Positions 10,401-19,750 of a DNA stretch of 40,103 nt are shown here, one piece after another. Within the stretch, counting starts at the first letter, position 1; each line of letters opens with the position of its first letter. Both the position numbers and the translations under genes were made by a program. The notes under the pieces are model-generated. The model saw only the letters and a list, made by a program, of their open reading frames with translations. It was not told the DNA's origin and made no database searches. The stretch comes from a virus (taxonomy: Duplodnaviria; Caudoviricetes), in IMG/VR virus record IMGVR_UViG_3300049136_000118, positions 1 through 40,103 of that record, one strand, 5' to 3'.

Positions 10401-10604
10401 GGTGCGCTCCGCCAGCGCCTCGATCACGGGCGAATAGGCTTCATCGAGCCGTCCGGCCTGCACGTCGGCGATGGGATCGAGCGTAACGCGGAAGCCCGCG
10501 GCGATCGTCTCGTCCCACCCGGGCGTCGGCCGCGTGTCCCCTTTGGGCGCATCCGGCTTCGATGCGCTTTCGGGCCGCCATTCGAGAATATCCGTCACGC
10601 TCAT
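7449..10604 (-). CDS. Internal virion protein with lytic transglycosylase-like and ParB-like domains
   Basis: ATG 10604 (ATGA); AESGG..NARNPRSSAAGRYQFTDGTW and LYLAHFAG (SLT/lysozyme-like); LIADGHQR (ParB/Srx motif). Confidence 0.8.
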   Translation of the reverse strand: MSVTDILEWRPESASKPDAPKGDTRPTPGWDETIAAGFRVTLDPIADVQAGRLDEAYSPVIEALAERTGKKSGDFLKPWYRRTALPFTDNSMLDRDAIWREIDRQRSADPQAFAEIGDRAAFERQVLTRDGDRQRDLETTSRGGIVPTLIGGIPASMRDPLNLASLPIGGIGKTAATRIFSEGLVNAGIEAVQAGTTSRRTFAKMGEDYGVREAAQDVVLGFAAGAAFRGAIEAAPAVDAAGMRIAAPVRDRIDEAFADRDVARALAQAVPESLRTPDQAAAFNVLTRESEIEAVNPFERTYAGADTHGAKLVEAMDALERGKLVPEQPVSSVVAAAAGRGTAVRGVAEGAEARFMERVRSAESGGDDNARNPRSSAAGRYQFTDGTWLAYYKRRYGAAGLTDAQILARKGDGRLQDELMGDLTADNAAALRRAGHGANEGNLYLAHFAGPAGARKALDAPPGMPVERVLGAAAVAANPFLRGKTAGWLIEWAHGKMGSSADAPAAGALADLGDDGSADVRAAIAAEETQLDVARVRADMLQAERPVVTSAGRAVPIAAFTADAIEADAQLMQFKSGGDQFGVTERLQGIEDWDPIAAGMVTVWEAANGRRLIADGHQRLGLARRIQQRGGEPVTLNAFVLREADGFDARDARIITALKNIGEGTGTPADAAKVFREGGEAVEAAVERRLPPRSALVRDGKALARLDDEAFGAVVNEVIPESHGAAIGHLAPDPATHMALVRLLAETDPANRRQAEAMVRQALEAGFIKETQDELFGTRDLVSGVFIQRARLLDRSLRELKKLKGAFGVAARNAEALESGGNRIDVAGSEAAAAANAVALELVERLALRKGNAVNELLDRAARRLADGEPISGVGRDLVAAIRKLDLADLERAGRAADGPGDGPGGSGRFGEPAVQAAESLDELAPAARDQADELGLFGDPPAPDQVATRAFDDAAGDGIKAAAESDWHDIRAGQDPNITARQRQEARLGAEAPMRAASDQDGTIGSPLFDAAEQPKFDLDDGKGPRSAEEIRAEIDADRTALDEIRKCLK

Positions 10605-12526
10605 TGCGGCGAGACCCTGACGATCCAATTTCCGCCATCGGCAGCGCCGATCGGATCTCCGCTTGCGGTACGAAACTCATAGGTGCCGTTACCGATGGCG
10701 ACGGGGAACGTGCGCGAGAGTGTGGCCGGCGATCCATTGGGGTTCACGGGCCCACCCGTCTTGGCCGCGCGACGCACTGCGGCGCCGAAGGCCTCGCCGC
10801 TTACGCCTTTGGGAAGAAGGAACCAGCTTTCGCCCCACCGACCGAGGCCGCCTTTGCGATCGGCCCCGGCTCCGGTCGCGCCGAGAGCCATGTTCATCGC
10901 TTTCCAGTAGGTATCGGCGCTCACTTCGCCCCCTGACTGGTCGACCACGCCGGCGAGGATCCGCGCACCCACCGCCAGGATCCCGGCGCGCTGCGCCGGC
11001 GGCACGGCGCGCAAGGCATCGTTGAAGCGTCCGTCGAAGTCGGCGACCGCTTCCTGCAGGTCCGGATCTTCCTTGAGCGCGCCCTTGATAAGCTGCGCGT
11101 TGGTTTTCAGCACGTCGCGGCCATCGAGTGCCAGCTGCCGGTACTGGCGGGGAAGCACGGCGACCACCGGCATCGTCGCATCGTTCGGGTCGATCTGTTG
11201 CGCCGCGGCGGCAGCCTGATCCGCCGGCATTGCCGCCAGCATGTCGAATACTTCGATCGCGGCAGCGCGGCCGCTACGGAAATTCGCCTGCAGCTGGGCG
11301 GCTTCGTTCTTGGTAAGCGGCGGAACCGGCCGTCCATAGGCGGCGCTCCGCTCGCGGGCCCACTGCGCCCGCGCCGCCGGGTCTTCCAATGGTGGCGGCG
11401 GATTGCCAGTGCGGGCGGCGAAGGCGGCCGGGTTGTCGTTGAAGCGACTGTCGAGCGAGCCGGACTTATCCTCGAGCCACTTGAGTTCACGATCCTCGGC
11501 GGCGCTGCGCTTCGTCCTTCCCGCAAGCTCAGCCAGGCGCGCTTCCCGCTGCAGCGGGGTCGCATCCTCCCACACTTTCGCGAAGCCGGCATTGGCGCGC
11601 AGCCCCTCGAGCTTGAGCGCCAGGCTGTCGTCGCCGAGCGCGGCCGCTGCTTCGGCGGCCGCGGCATACTGTTCATCGGGCAGGGCGATCCCCTGGCGGT
11701 CGGCTTCCTCGAGCGTCTGGATTTGTTCCTTGACCGCCGCCGCCGCTTCGGCCGCCTCGCGCGCCGCGCGCACCTCCAAACTCCGGATCTCGAGATCGGA
11801 ACGGTTGAGCAACGCGTCGATCTGCTGCGGCTCCAGCACGTCGTCAAAGGCGCCGCCGGTTAGCAGCGCCTTGGCTGTCGTGGGATCTTCGTCGATCCGC
11901 CCGCGCAGGAAGCTGACTGCGAAGACCTGGTCGGTCTCCCGCAGCAGTTTGCTCTTGACGTCCTCGGCCACGTTGAGCCCGCCGATCGCCTCTTGCATCG
12001 TCGAGGTCTCGGCGAGGTAATCTTCCGGTTTGTCGAGGCGGCGGACACGGTTAGCGCCGATATCGCGTGCGGCCTCGAAATCCGTGACCACGCGCTCGAC
12101 CCGCGCGCCTTCCTCGAAGGTCGCCTCGCCGGAAACAAATCGGCCGCGGGCTTCCTCGAACATCGACGTGGCGCGCTGGCGCACCGCGTCTTCTTTCAAG
12201 CCGTCGACCAAGCCTTCGCGCGATGCCTCCCACGCCTCCCGCATTCGCGCGGCGTGGCCGCCCGATCCGTCCTTGCGCGCCTCGCGCGCGATGCCATCCA
12301 TGTTCTCACGGTGCAGAGCAAAGCCGTGCTGGAACGCAGCCCATTCGCTGTCTGCCGCCTCGCGCCGCTCGATCTGGTAATCTTGCAATTGCTCGCGGTG
12401 AACCTGTTGCGTCGACGCCTCGAGTTGGCGGCCAAAGCCGGCGCCGAAGCTCTCCGCACTGGCGGCCGGCATCGCCGCCGCCGGCCGCGGCGCTGTCTGC
12501 CGCCGATATCCCGGCTCGAGCGCCAT
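10601..12526 (-). CDS. Internal virion (ejection) protein, 641 aa
   Basis: Ala-rich helical protein in ejection-gene position with coupled overlaps. Confidence 0.7.
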   Translation of the reverse strand: MALEPGYRRQTAPRPAAAMPAASAESFGAGFGRQLEASTQQVHREQLQDYQIERREAADSEWAAFQHGFALHRENMDGIAREARKDGSGGHAARMREAWEASREGLVDGLKEDAVRQRATSMFEEARGRFVSGEATFEEGARVERVVTDFEAARDIGANRVRRLDKPEDYLAETSTMQEAIGGLNVAEDVKSKLLRETDQVFAVSFLRGRIDEDPTTAKALLTGGAFDDVLEPQQIDALLNRSDLEIRSLEVRAAREAAEAAAAVKEQIQTLEEADRQGIALPDEQYAAAAEAAAALGDDSLALKLEGLRANAGFAKVWEDATPLQREARLAELAGRTKRSAAEDRELKWLEDKSGSLDSRFNDNPAAFAARTGNPPPPLEDPAARAQWARERSAAYGRPVPPLTKNEAAQLQANFRSGRAAAIEVFDMLAAMPADQAAAAAQQIDPNDATMPVVAVLPRQYRQLALDGRDVLKTNAQLIKGALKEDPDLQEAVADFDGRFNDALRAVPPAQRAGILAVGARILAGVVDQSGGEVSADTYWKAMNMALGATGAGADRKGGLGRWGESWFLLPKGVSGEAFGAAVRRAAKTGGPVNPNGSPATLSRTFPVAIGNGTYEFRTASGDPIGAADGGNWIVRVSPQ

Positions 12527-12987
12527 CAGATCTGGCTCCCGCTACGTCCGGTGCGCGCCTGCGCCCAATCGCTCTGCATCCCGTGAACCGAACTGGCAGC
12601 GCCGAGCAGGCCAGAAGCGAGCGCGAAGTAGCCCTCGCGCTCGGCCGCCTTGCCTTCTGCACGTAGAGAGAGATTGCGGCTCACGCCTTGGCGGCGCACC
12701 TCAAGCACATCCAGCGCGGCTTCGATCTTGCTTTCGCGCAGCGCGTCCAGGGCGGTGCCGGTACCGCCCTCGAGACCGTTTCCGAATTGCGACGCCAGCT
12801 GGGAGCCGATCGCGCGGCGGGCATCGACACGGATCTGCCGCTCGCCTTCATTGGCGGCGGACAGCTCTTCGCGTCCCTGGGCAAACGCAGCCTTTTTCTT
12901 GGACTGGCCGGCCATGAAGCCGCCGACCCCCTGGATCAGCTGAGCGCCGGCCGCAGCGAACGGTAGGGCGGCGGCGAGGAAACCCAT
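12526..12987 (-). CDS. Small internal virion protein (T7 gp14-like position)
   Basis: ATG 12987 (TGATG); Gly/Ala-rich MGFLAAALPFAAAGAQL; G-x-G-T-A-L-D motif. Confidence 0.7.
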   Translation of the reverse strand: MGFLAAALPFAAAGAQLIQGVGGFMAGQSKKKAAFAQGREELSAANEGERQIRVDARRAIGSQLASQFGNGLEGGTGTALDALRESKIEAALDVLEVRRQGVSRNLSLRAEGKAAEREGYFALASGLLGAASSVHGMQSDWAQARTGRSGSQI

Positions 12988-13514
12988 CAGCGGATCCTTT
13001 CGAGCAGCATGTGCGTCTCGCTGGCCGCGCCGAACTTGCGCAGAACCGCAACTGGCGTGAAGCCGAGCGTCAACGCCCAACGGACCTGCGGAGTGCGATT
13101 GCGGGGGCGAAGAGCCGCGGCCAGCATATTGGCGGGTGTGGCATCGGGGCAAACCTTGATGCCGGGCTCGACGTCGATGCAACGGACGATCGCCTCGATC
13201 CGCGGCAGGGGGCTCTTGGCGATGACTTCCTCGCGCGCGAAGCGGGTCAGCCGATGATGATCGCGGCCGAGATCCTTGGCGAGCAGCGCGAAGGCGGCGC
13301 CCTGTGCGCCGGGGAACGTCTCGTGGACCCCGAACACTGCAAGCACCTGGTCTTCACGCATTGCCGCCCAGGTATTGTCCTGGGCCGCGTAGGCCTCGGC
13401 TTCGGCCCAGTCGATCGCCAGCGGATCTACGCCGTATTGCGTGCGCTGACTGGCCTGCAGATCGAGCGCAAAGAAATGCTCGGCATCGAGGCTAATGAAC
13501 GACAACTCAGGCAT
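12987..13514 (-). CDS. GNAT-like virion-associated protein (T7 gp13-like position)
   Basis: ATG 13514; VLAVFGV, RIEAIV, VRWALTLGF motifs; follows tubular B. Confidence 0.6.
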   Translation of the reverse strand: MPELSFISLDAEHFFALDLQASQRTQYGVDPLAIDWAEAEAYAAQDNTWAAMREDQVLAVFGVHETFPGAQGAAFALLAKDLGRDHHRLTRFAREEVIAKSPLPRIEAIVRCIDVEPGIKVCPDATPANMLAAALRPRNRTPQVRWALTLGFTPVAVLRKFGAASETHMLLERIR

Positions 13515-15768
13515 CGTCCGTATCCACATCGATATTGAGCATGACCGCAGTAACCACGGCCGCAGTCGGCGTATCGGAGACCCATTGCGTCCGGCCAGTT
13601 GTGTCGAAGTCGCTCTCCACTTCACCGCCAAGGTCGCGCGACTGTAGCGGGATCGGCGCATCCATTGCGGCAGACGCCGGACGGTCAATCATCTCCGTCA
13701 GATCCTCGCCCGGAACGCCGAGTTTGATCCCGACAGTCTCGAGGACCCGCGTCACCAGCTTTACGAGGCGCTGTCTTATCGCCTGGATCGGCTTGCCGTT
13801 CACCTCGAGGTTGGGCCCAGCCTTCACTGCGATCGCCGAATAGGCGAGCCCGACTACCACAACGAATGCGCGATCCGAGGGAACCTTCCCCGCGGGCAGA
13901 TCCAGCGAACCATCCGCCGCCACTGCCATATTCGAGATCACGCCGCCGGCAGCGAGCACCGCCACATCTTGGCCCGCGAGGTGATCGAGCCCTGAAAAGT
14001 GCGTCTGCCCGGCGGCCGCTTCGATCCGCACTCCGCCGTCGACGAAGAACTGCTCTTCCTGTTCGTCGCCGAGCTCGCGCCAGGACGCCTGCTGCCACAC
14101 CTCCTTAACAGTCGCTCCGCTGCCGTCCTCGCGCTCGACCAGCAGCCACAGCTCGGCCGTCTTGTTGTCGACTCCGTTGATCGCGACCGCCGAGACGGCG
14201 CGGGCGTTGCCGCCGAGCTTGACCCGTGCGAACCCCTTGATCTCGAGCCGGCTGCGTGCATGGACGATCAACTGACCGTCGGCGCGTATTCCGTAGAGCA
14301 GCGACCGTGGCGTGCGCTGGTGCGCCAGCTGCAAGATGCCGCCGCTGGCAATGTGATCGGCGGCCGCGGTCAGGTCGGGGGCGTCGTAGCGATCGCGGCC
14401 GAAATCGTAGTCGGCTGCCCGCAACCGCCGCCCCCCGATCTCCACGAAAATGGTATCGGTGCCAGCCTGCACCGGCGCCACCTGTTCGCTGCCGTAGAAG
14501 CTCTGGTCTTCGGCTTCGATGTTGCTGCCGGAGAACGCAGCGCTGGCGTTGATCGGCCCGATTGCCAGTTCGCGCGTCGCGGTTCCCATTAGCAGCTTCC
14601 CGCCGCTGCGCGCTATCCACAGCGGCGCATCCTCGAGCGGGATCGTGCGGCGAAACGCAAGATCGTCGGCGAGGACGCCGACGTTGCTGTGCGTGGCGAA
14701 GTTGACCCGCCCGCCGCCATAGTCTCCGACGACGCTGCCGACGATCTGCTGATCCATGAAGTGGAGCTGCCGGCCCTTGAAGAGCGTCACATGGCTCGGC
14801 CAGCCTGCGGCTTCAGAGAACGCCGAATGCGCCCAGCGCCAGCTCGGCACCGTAGTGCAGCTGTCCGGCAGGCGCCGCAGTACGGTGGCAGTTGCCGAAA
14901 ACCCGTCGGCCGCCACCGCTGTTATGCGTACTGTCCCGAACGTGTCATGGAGATACGTCCATTTGACCCCGTAGGGCCCCTTGGCGTTGAGCACGTCGAC
15001 GAGGTTCTGCCCGTCCCATTCCGTGCCGCGGGTGTGCGTCGGCATGATGGTGCCGGTCTTACCGCCGGTCGCCGCTTGGTAGGCCTTGCCTTCGTTGCGG
15101 ATCTTACTCCCTGCGATGACCCCTTCCATCTGCGCTTCCCAGGCGGGAAGGTCGGAAAAGTCCTTCGCCTCGAGCTTGAACAGCGAGCCAACGTGGCCGG
15201 CAGCGAAGATAGGCGAGCTGGCGGTCAGCGTGATCCCGATGCCGCTCGCCGCGCTGGCGGTGACCGTAACGCTTTCGTCGCTGTTCATGTCGGCGAAGGG
15301 GCCGTTGAGCAGCGCGAGCTCTTCGTGAGCGAAGGTCGATGCGGTATCACGCCGCAGTGCGCCCGGCGGGTGCGCCGGATGATCAATGTATTGCCGATCG
15401 AAGCTCTGCTGCAGTGACAGGTATCGCGCTTCGGCCGCTGTGTAAGGCGTCGCGATCTCGTACGGCGTCACCGGATCCGTCTCGATCCTGCCGCCATTGG
15501 TGTAGAACCGCGCGACCAACTCGCTCCACTCGACGATGTACTCTTCAGCTGCCGAGCGCCGGAACGCCGTAAACCAGCTGGCGGTCGCGGCCGACGGGCG
15601 CACAAAGTAGAAGCCCGGCCGTTTGACCAGCGGGCCCTCGGCCAGCGGCAACCAGTTTTCGCAAGTCTCGAGCCCGTAGCGATGCTGTTCGGTTTCGACG
15701 CGCCCGCTCAAGTAGGGCGACGTCTCGCCGGCAAAGAACGCGGTGAAGATATGCCGCAGCTTCGGCAT
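13507..15768 (-). CDS. Tail tubular protein B (nozzle)
   Basis: F.AGE.SP.L.GR...ENW.PL..GPL.KRPG N-terminus and GLDHLAGQDVAVLA motif; about 750 aa; follows tubular A. Confidence 0.85.
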   Translation of the reverse strand: MPKLRHIFTAFFAGETSPYLSGRVETEQHRYGLETCENWLPLAEGPLVKRPGFYFVRPSAATASWFTAFRRSAAEEYIVEWSELVARFYTNGGRIETDPVTPYEIATPYTAAEARYLSLQQSFDRQYIDHPAHPPGALRRDTASTFAHEELALLNGPFADMNSDESVTVTASAASGIGITLTASSPIFAAGHVGSLFKLEAKDFSDLPAWEAQMEGVIAGSKIRNEGKAYQAATGGKTGTIMPTHTRGTEWDGQNLVDVLNAKGPYGVKWTYLHDTFGTVRITAVAADGFSATATVLRRLPDSCTTVPSWRWAHSAFSEAAGWPSHVTLFKGRQLHFMDQQIVGSVVGDYGGGRVNFATHSNVGVLADDLAFRRTIPLEDAPLWIARSGGKLLMGTATRELAIGPINASAAFSGSNIEAEDQSFYGSEQVAPVQAGTDTIFVEIGGRRLRAADYDFGRDRYDAPDLTAAADHIASGGILQLAHQRTPRSLLYGIRADGQLIVHARSRLEIKGFARVKLGGNARAVSAVAINGVDNKTAELWLLVEREDGSGATVKEVWQQASWRELGDEQEEQFFVDGGVRIEAAAGQTHFSGLDHLAGQDVAVLAAGGVISNMAVAADGSLDLPAGKVPSDRAFVVVVGLAYSAIAVKAGPNLEVNGKPIQAIRQRLVKLVTRVLETVGIKLGVPGEDLTEMIDRPASAAMDAPIPLQSRDLGGEVESDFDTTGRTQWVSDTPTAAVVTAVMLNIDVDTDDA

Positions 15769-16370
15769 CAGCCCCAAGGCCTCGCGGGATCCCAGGATGC
15801 GTGCGCGTGCCGAGCCTTGACCCAGTCGCTTTCTTCCTGCTCGATCGGCGGGTTCTCGATCGCGTCCGTACTCTTCGCTGCCGCGATCAGCGCCTGGTAC
15901 TCGCGCCAGGCGCCATCCTTGTCGAAGGTCGACCCGGCGAGCTTGCGACCAATCCGCCAGGCGATCCGCTGCGCAAACGCATCGGCGAACTCGCTATCCC
16001 ATTCGGCGGGTTCGGTGACGTCGCGGAGGTAACGGATGTCGAGCGGGCCGCGGGCGTCGCACAGGATCTCACGGCCCTCGAGCTGGTAATCCTCGCGCGC
16101 CTGGCCGCTTACCTCGATCAGCCGCAGGCAGGCAGCCGGCAACTGGTAAGCGTAATCGTATCCGTGCGTCGGCGCGGAGTTGAGCGCCGGCAGTCGAGCG
16201 CGCTTGATCGCGAAGTTCCAGCTGCCGTCGCGGATCGCCGCCTGGCGCTGGATCTCCCAGACAGCGGTGATCGCTCGCGCCACCGGCCGATCGTCCTCGG
16301 GGCTGGTGATCTGCGTCGATGAACCGACGGCGGTTGCCGCGGCTTTGTAGACCTGGATTTTCGAAGCCAC
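15768..16370 (-). CDS. Tail tubular protein A (adaptor)
   Basis: WNFAIKR..L....P..GY.YAYQLP..CLRLI motif; 200 aa. Confidence 0.85.
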   Translation of the reverse strand: MASKIQVYKAAATAVGSSTQITSPEDDRPVARAITAVWEIQRQAAIRDGSWNFAIKRARLPALNSAPTHGYDYAYQLPAACLRLIEVSGQAREDYQLEGREILCDARGPLDIRYLRDVTEPAEWDSEFADAFAQRIAWRIGRKLAGSTFDKDGAWREYQALIAAAKSTDAIENPPIEQEESDWVKARHAHASWDPARPWG

Positions 16371-16390
16371 GCGTTATCTCCGGCGCGGCT

Positions 16391-16591
16391 TTACGCCGGC
16401 GGCCAGGGCGCGGCGTGGATGGCGTCGCTGATCTTCGAGAGCAGCTGCAGCGCTTCACCCTTGGAAATGTTGGTCGCGTCGATGTTGACGCTGATCGTAT
16501 CGCTCTGCGCCTCGGCCGAGCCGGCAGCGATCGCGACATCCGCAGTCTCGGTCTTGCCGCGCTGGCCGATGAATTTTGCCGTGAAAGCCAT
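16391..16591 (-). CDS. Hypothetical 66-aa protein
   Basis: AGGAG RBS; plausible composition; head-tail gene region. Confidence 0.65.
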   Translation of the reverse strand: MAFTAKFIGQRGKTETADVAIAAGSAEAQSDTISVNIDATNISKGEALQLLSKISDAIHAAPWPPA

Positions 16592-16691
16592 GGAACCGCG
16601 CTCCTGTCAGCTTGGGAAGGGTGGGGGCGGCTTGCCTCGACGCAGCGCGCCGCCCCCGCGGGCCACCCCATTGAGCGGCGGCCCGATCTTG

Positions 16692-17129
16692 TCAGAGACC
16701 GCTGGTTTCGATCTCGAAGGTAAGCACCGTGCCGGCGACGATCGCAGCCGTCAGGACGGTCAGGAAAATCTCCTCCTCGTCCGCGGGATCGTCATCCATT
16801 GCCGCGGCCAGTGGGCCTAGCCTGGTTGGCGTCTCGGTCGCAGTTTGCGTCTTGCCGTCGACGTACTTGTCGGGATCAGCTTCGGTACCGATATCGAGCG
16901 TCGTGGTGCCGAGGCTCGTGTCCGTGGTCAGCGTCACGCCGACGATCTTCTCGCTCGCCGGCTTGCGCATCAGGAACACAGTGTCGTTTATCGCCCATGC
17001 GGTGCCGACGACTTTGCTCGCGAGATAGGTGCGCTTCTTCGCGCCGACCTCGCGACCATCCGCCTTGAGTGGGGGCGTTTCCGTCCCGTCTGCGACGCCG
17101 ACTTGCTGCTTCGGATAGTGCCTTGCCAT
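16692..17129 (-). CDS. Putative capsid decoration/cement protein
   Basis: Beta-rich 145 aa directly after major capsid; LDIGT..DPDKY motif. Confidence 0.6.
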   Translation of the reverse strand: MARHYPKQQVGVADGTETPPLKADGREVGAKKRTYLASKVVGTAWAINDTVFLMRKPASEKIVGVTLTTDTSLGTTTLDIGTEADPDKYVDGKTQTATETPTRLGPLAAAMDDDPADEEEIFLTVLTAAIVAGTVLTFEIETSGL

Positions 17130-17216
17130 CGTTGCGTTTCCTTGTCCTGGCTCCCCGGCCGACTGGCCGGCTCATGGCGAAGCGGCGGCGGACGCTGTGC
17201 CCGCCGCCGGCGAAGG

Positions 17217-18143
17217 TCAGCCCTTCTGGTTGAGGATGATCCCGCTCATCCCCGCCTGCGTCCGGCTCGATGCGAGCGTGGTGCCGGCGAAGATCTGCCG
17301 TGAGAGCAGCTTCTGTGGAACCGGGTCGATCGAGGTGCGCAGTCGCTGCCAGTGGTTCGTCACGAGGCCGCCCCACACCCAGAACGGGTTCTTGCGGTAG
17401 CCGCTGGCATCGGTCGCCAGATCCGGAACCGGGCCGAGCAGCGGGTTGTCGAGCTCGAGGTTGATGAAGTTCCAGCCCAAGAGCCTCCGGAGCACACCGT
17501 CTTCGACGACGCCGCCAAAAGCGCCGCGGAAGTCCGAGCTGGTTGCCGGCACTTCGCTGAGCAGTGCGTCGTTGTCCTCTTCGGTCAGGATCATGAACTT
17601 CTTGAGCGACTTGTCGACGTAGTTCTGGCCGAGCAGGACGTTGGCTTCGCGCAGCTTTTTCGTGTTCATCTTCTGCGCACCGGTCGCGCCGCCGGAGGTG
17701 ACCGGGATGATGTTCCCGCTCGGGAACGGCGTCGAAACGTCGCCCTTCTTGCCGCTCTGGACGGAGCCATAGAAGCCCTCGAGCACGCGCTGGTCGCGGG
17801 CGCGGTTGACCGTGCCAGCGCCGGAGGTGACCGAGGTCCCCTCGAGGTCGATCATGGTTGCCAGCCTGTCGGCGTTGTCCACCAGGTCCGCGTAGTAGAG
17901 CTCGTTCGGCTTACCCAGCCAAACGCCGTCATACGTCGGGTTGTTGTATTTTGTATCGCCGTGGCGCTCGTCGGCTTCGTTCGGCGCGGTGTTGCCGACG
18001 ATATCCTTGATCTTGACCATCTCGGCCGACGCGTCGTCGGTCTGGACAGTAGCCTCGAGGAGCATGGACTTCTGCTGCTGCAGCGCCATCTCCACGTTGT
18101 TCTTGTACTTCGTCTGGAACGAAGCGGGGACGTGGAACGACAT
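17217..18143 (-). CDS. Major capsid protein
   Basis: 308 aa after scaffold; Y..NVEMALQQ..S.L N-terminus typical of podovirus capsids. Confidence 0.85.
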   Translation of the reverse strand: MSFHVPASFQTKYKNNVEMALQQQKSMLLEATVQTDDASAEMVKIKDIVGNTAPNEADERHGDTKYNNPTYDGVWLGKPNELYYADLVDNADRLATMIDLEGTSVTSGAGTVNRARDQRVLEGFYGSVQSGKKGDVSTPFPSGNIIPVTSGGATGAQKMNTKKLREANVLLGQNYVDKSLKKFMILTEEDNDALLSEVPATSSDFRGAFGGVVEDGVLRRLLGWNFINLELDNPLLGPVPDLATDASGYRKNPFWVWGGLVTNHWQRLRTSIDPVPQKLLSRQIFAGTTLASSRTQAGMSGIILNQKG

Positions 18144-18392
18144 TTCTTTGCCCTTTCGTCAAATGGCGGTGACCAGATGCGAAGGGCTAAGGGGCGCAGA
18201 CCGCCCGACCTTTCTATCGTTTTACGCCCGCGATCGGCGGCTGCGTCCGCAGCTGGACCCGGGACCGTCTCGAACGTGCCGAGACACGGCTAAGCCAGGA
18301 TTTCCTACTACGGGAGGGTGACCTTGTCGGTCGACCGTCCGCCCTCCCGGTTCGGTTGCGCAACAATCGTGTATTGCCGCTGCAGCTGTCAA
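18144..18392 (-). promoter_or_regulatory. Putative promoter and structured 5' leader of capsid gene
   Basis: TTGACA on minus strand (18392-18387), weak -10; several hairpins, one covering the RBS. Confidence 0.4.
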
Positions 18393-18408
18393 TATGCTCC
18401 GTCGGCGA

Positions 18409-19395
18409 TCAGGCGTTCTCGCGTGCCTTTTGCTCTTCCGCTGCGCCGACGATGCCCTGCAAGCGGTCCCACCGGGCTTTTTCCGGCGTGCCCTTGATGA
18501 AGACCTTGTCACGGATGTCCGGACTGGACTTCATTTCGTCGAGCTCGCGCTGCGCTGCCACCGGATCGCCGGCAAAGCGCTGCCGTTTGTCGCCGGAGAC
18601 CAGCGTGTCTTCGCTCACCCTCGCGCCGAGGTCGGCGAGCACGTCGAGCGCCCGTGCCGGCCCCAACGCCGCGCGGATCTTAAGCATTTCGTCGCGCTTG
18701 AGCCCCAGCAGGCTCGCCGCATTGTCGACCGCAGCGAGCTTGTTGTCCTTCTCGCCGCCCCACTTCTTCACGTGGTCGGCCGCCTCCTTCGACAGTTCGA
18801 TCTCGCGGCCCGCCATTTCCTGCATGTCGGCTTCGGCGACTTTCTGCAGTACTCTCTCGAGCGCGCCCGCCGGCACCCCTGCCTCGTGCGCCCACCCGGC
18901 AATCTCGCCCAGACGATCGCTGTTCAGCTCCACAGGCTTGCCCTGCGCGTCGGTGAGCTCGGGCATCTTGTAACCCTTGGCATCCTCTGGCACGCCGATC
19001 GCCTTGCGGAACTCGGCGAGCTCGGCTTCGCTGGCGCCTTCGCCGGGCACCTTCACTCGGCCGCTTTCGCGCAGCGCTTTCTGGTTGTCGCGGGCTATCT
19101 TCGCGAGGCTGGCGACGTCCTTCGCCCCCACCGACTTAACCCAGTCGCGCATACTGGCGCTTTCCCCATCACCGACTTCGGCCGGCAACTGCGAATACCA
19201 CTCGGGATCCGCTCCGCCGGCCGCAGCTCCGCCGGCCGCAGCTTCGCCGGCCCCAGCCTCTCCGCCGGCGTCAGCTTCGCCCCCGGCACCGCCGCCTTCG
19301 CCGCCGCCACCTGCAGCCGCCTCCCCGCCGAGAATGTCCGCTGCACCGCCGCCCTGGCCGTCACCGGCGCCGCCCTGATTTTGTCCGTCGCTCAT
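18409..19395 (-). CDS. Capsid scaffolding/assembly protein
   Basis: Gly/Ala-rich N-terminus, IGVPEDAKGY motif, helical; between portal and capsid. Confidence 0.8.
   Translation of the reverse strand: MSDGQNQGGAGDGQGGGAADILGGEAAAGGGGEGGGAGGEADAGGEAGAGEAAAGGAAAGGADPEWYSQLPAEVGDGESASMRDWVKSVGAKDVASLAKIARDNQKALRESGRVKVPGEGASEAELAEFRKAIGVPEDAKGYKMPELTDAQGKPVELNSDRLGEIAGWAHEAGVPAGALERVLQKVAEADMQEMAGREIELSKEAADHVKKWGGEKDNKLAAVDNAASLLGLKRDEMLKIRAALGPARALDVLADLGARVSEDTLVSGDKRQRFAGDPVAAQRELDEMKSSPDIRDKVFIKGTPEKARWDRLQGIVGAAEEQKARENA
19211..19255. repeat. 15-bp tandem repeat (3 copies) coding the Gly/Ala linker of scaffold
   Basis: GCTCCGCCGGCCGCA twice, then GCTTCGCCGGCCCCA. Confidence 0.8.
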
Positions 19396-19399
19396 CGTC

Positions 19400-19750
19400 T
19401 TAATCTCCTAGTCCATCGTCGAGTTGCATGAGTTGCTGGACCGTCGCTTCGTCCAGGTTGAGGTAATTGATGATCCGCTCGACCACTTCGCGCCGGCCGA
19501 GCCGCCGTGCCATGATCGCCGGATCGGGATCGAAGATCGGCAACCCCACTGCCGCGAAATCGCGCAGGTCGGCTAGCAGGACCTCCCCGGCGCGGTGGAT
19601 CTTCCCGGCATCGGACAGAAACAGCCATCGCCACAGCCGCGCCCGCAGCCGCTCCTGAAAGCGTCCGGGCACCGCCATGAGCAGCCACTTGACCTCGCGC
19701 GAGATCCGCATGGAGCGGTAGCGCAGCCGGTTTTCCGCGCTGACGGCCAC
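19400..19750 (-). CDS. Bbp19-like phage protein
   Basis: GEVLLADLRDF...DP..MARRLGRREVV.RI..YLNL; between portal and scaffold. Confidence 0.7.
   Translation of the reverse strand: MAVSAENRLRYRSMRISREVKWLLMAVPGRFQERLRARLWRWLFLSDAGKIHRAGEVLLADLRDFAAVGLPIFDPDPAIMARRLGRREVVERIINYLNLDEATVQQLMQLDDGLGD

Noticed and set aside
16620-17212. GC-rich hairpins flanking the decoration gene
   Set aside because: No U-tracts; ordinary intergenic stems, cannot be called terminators
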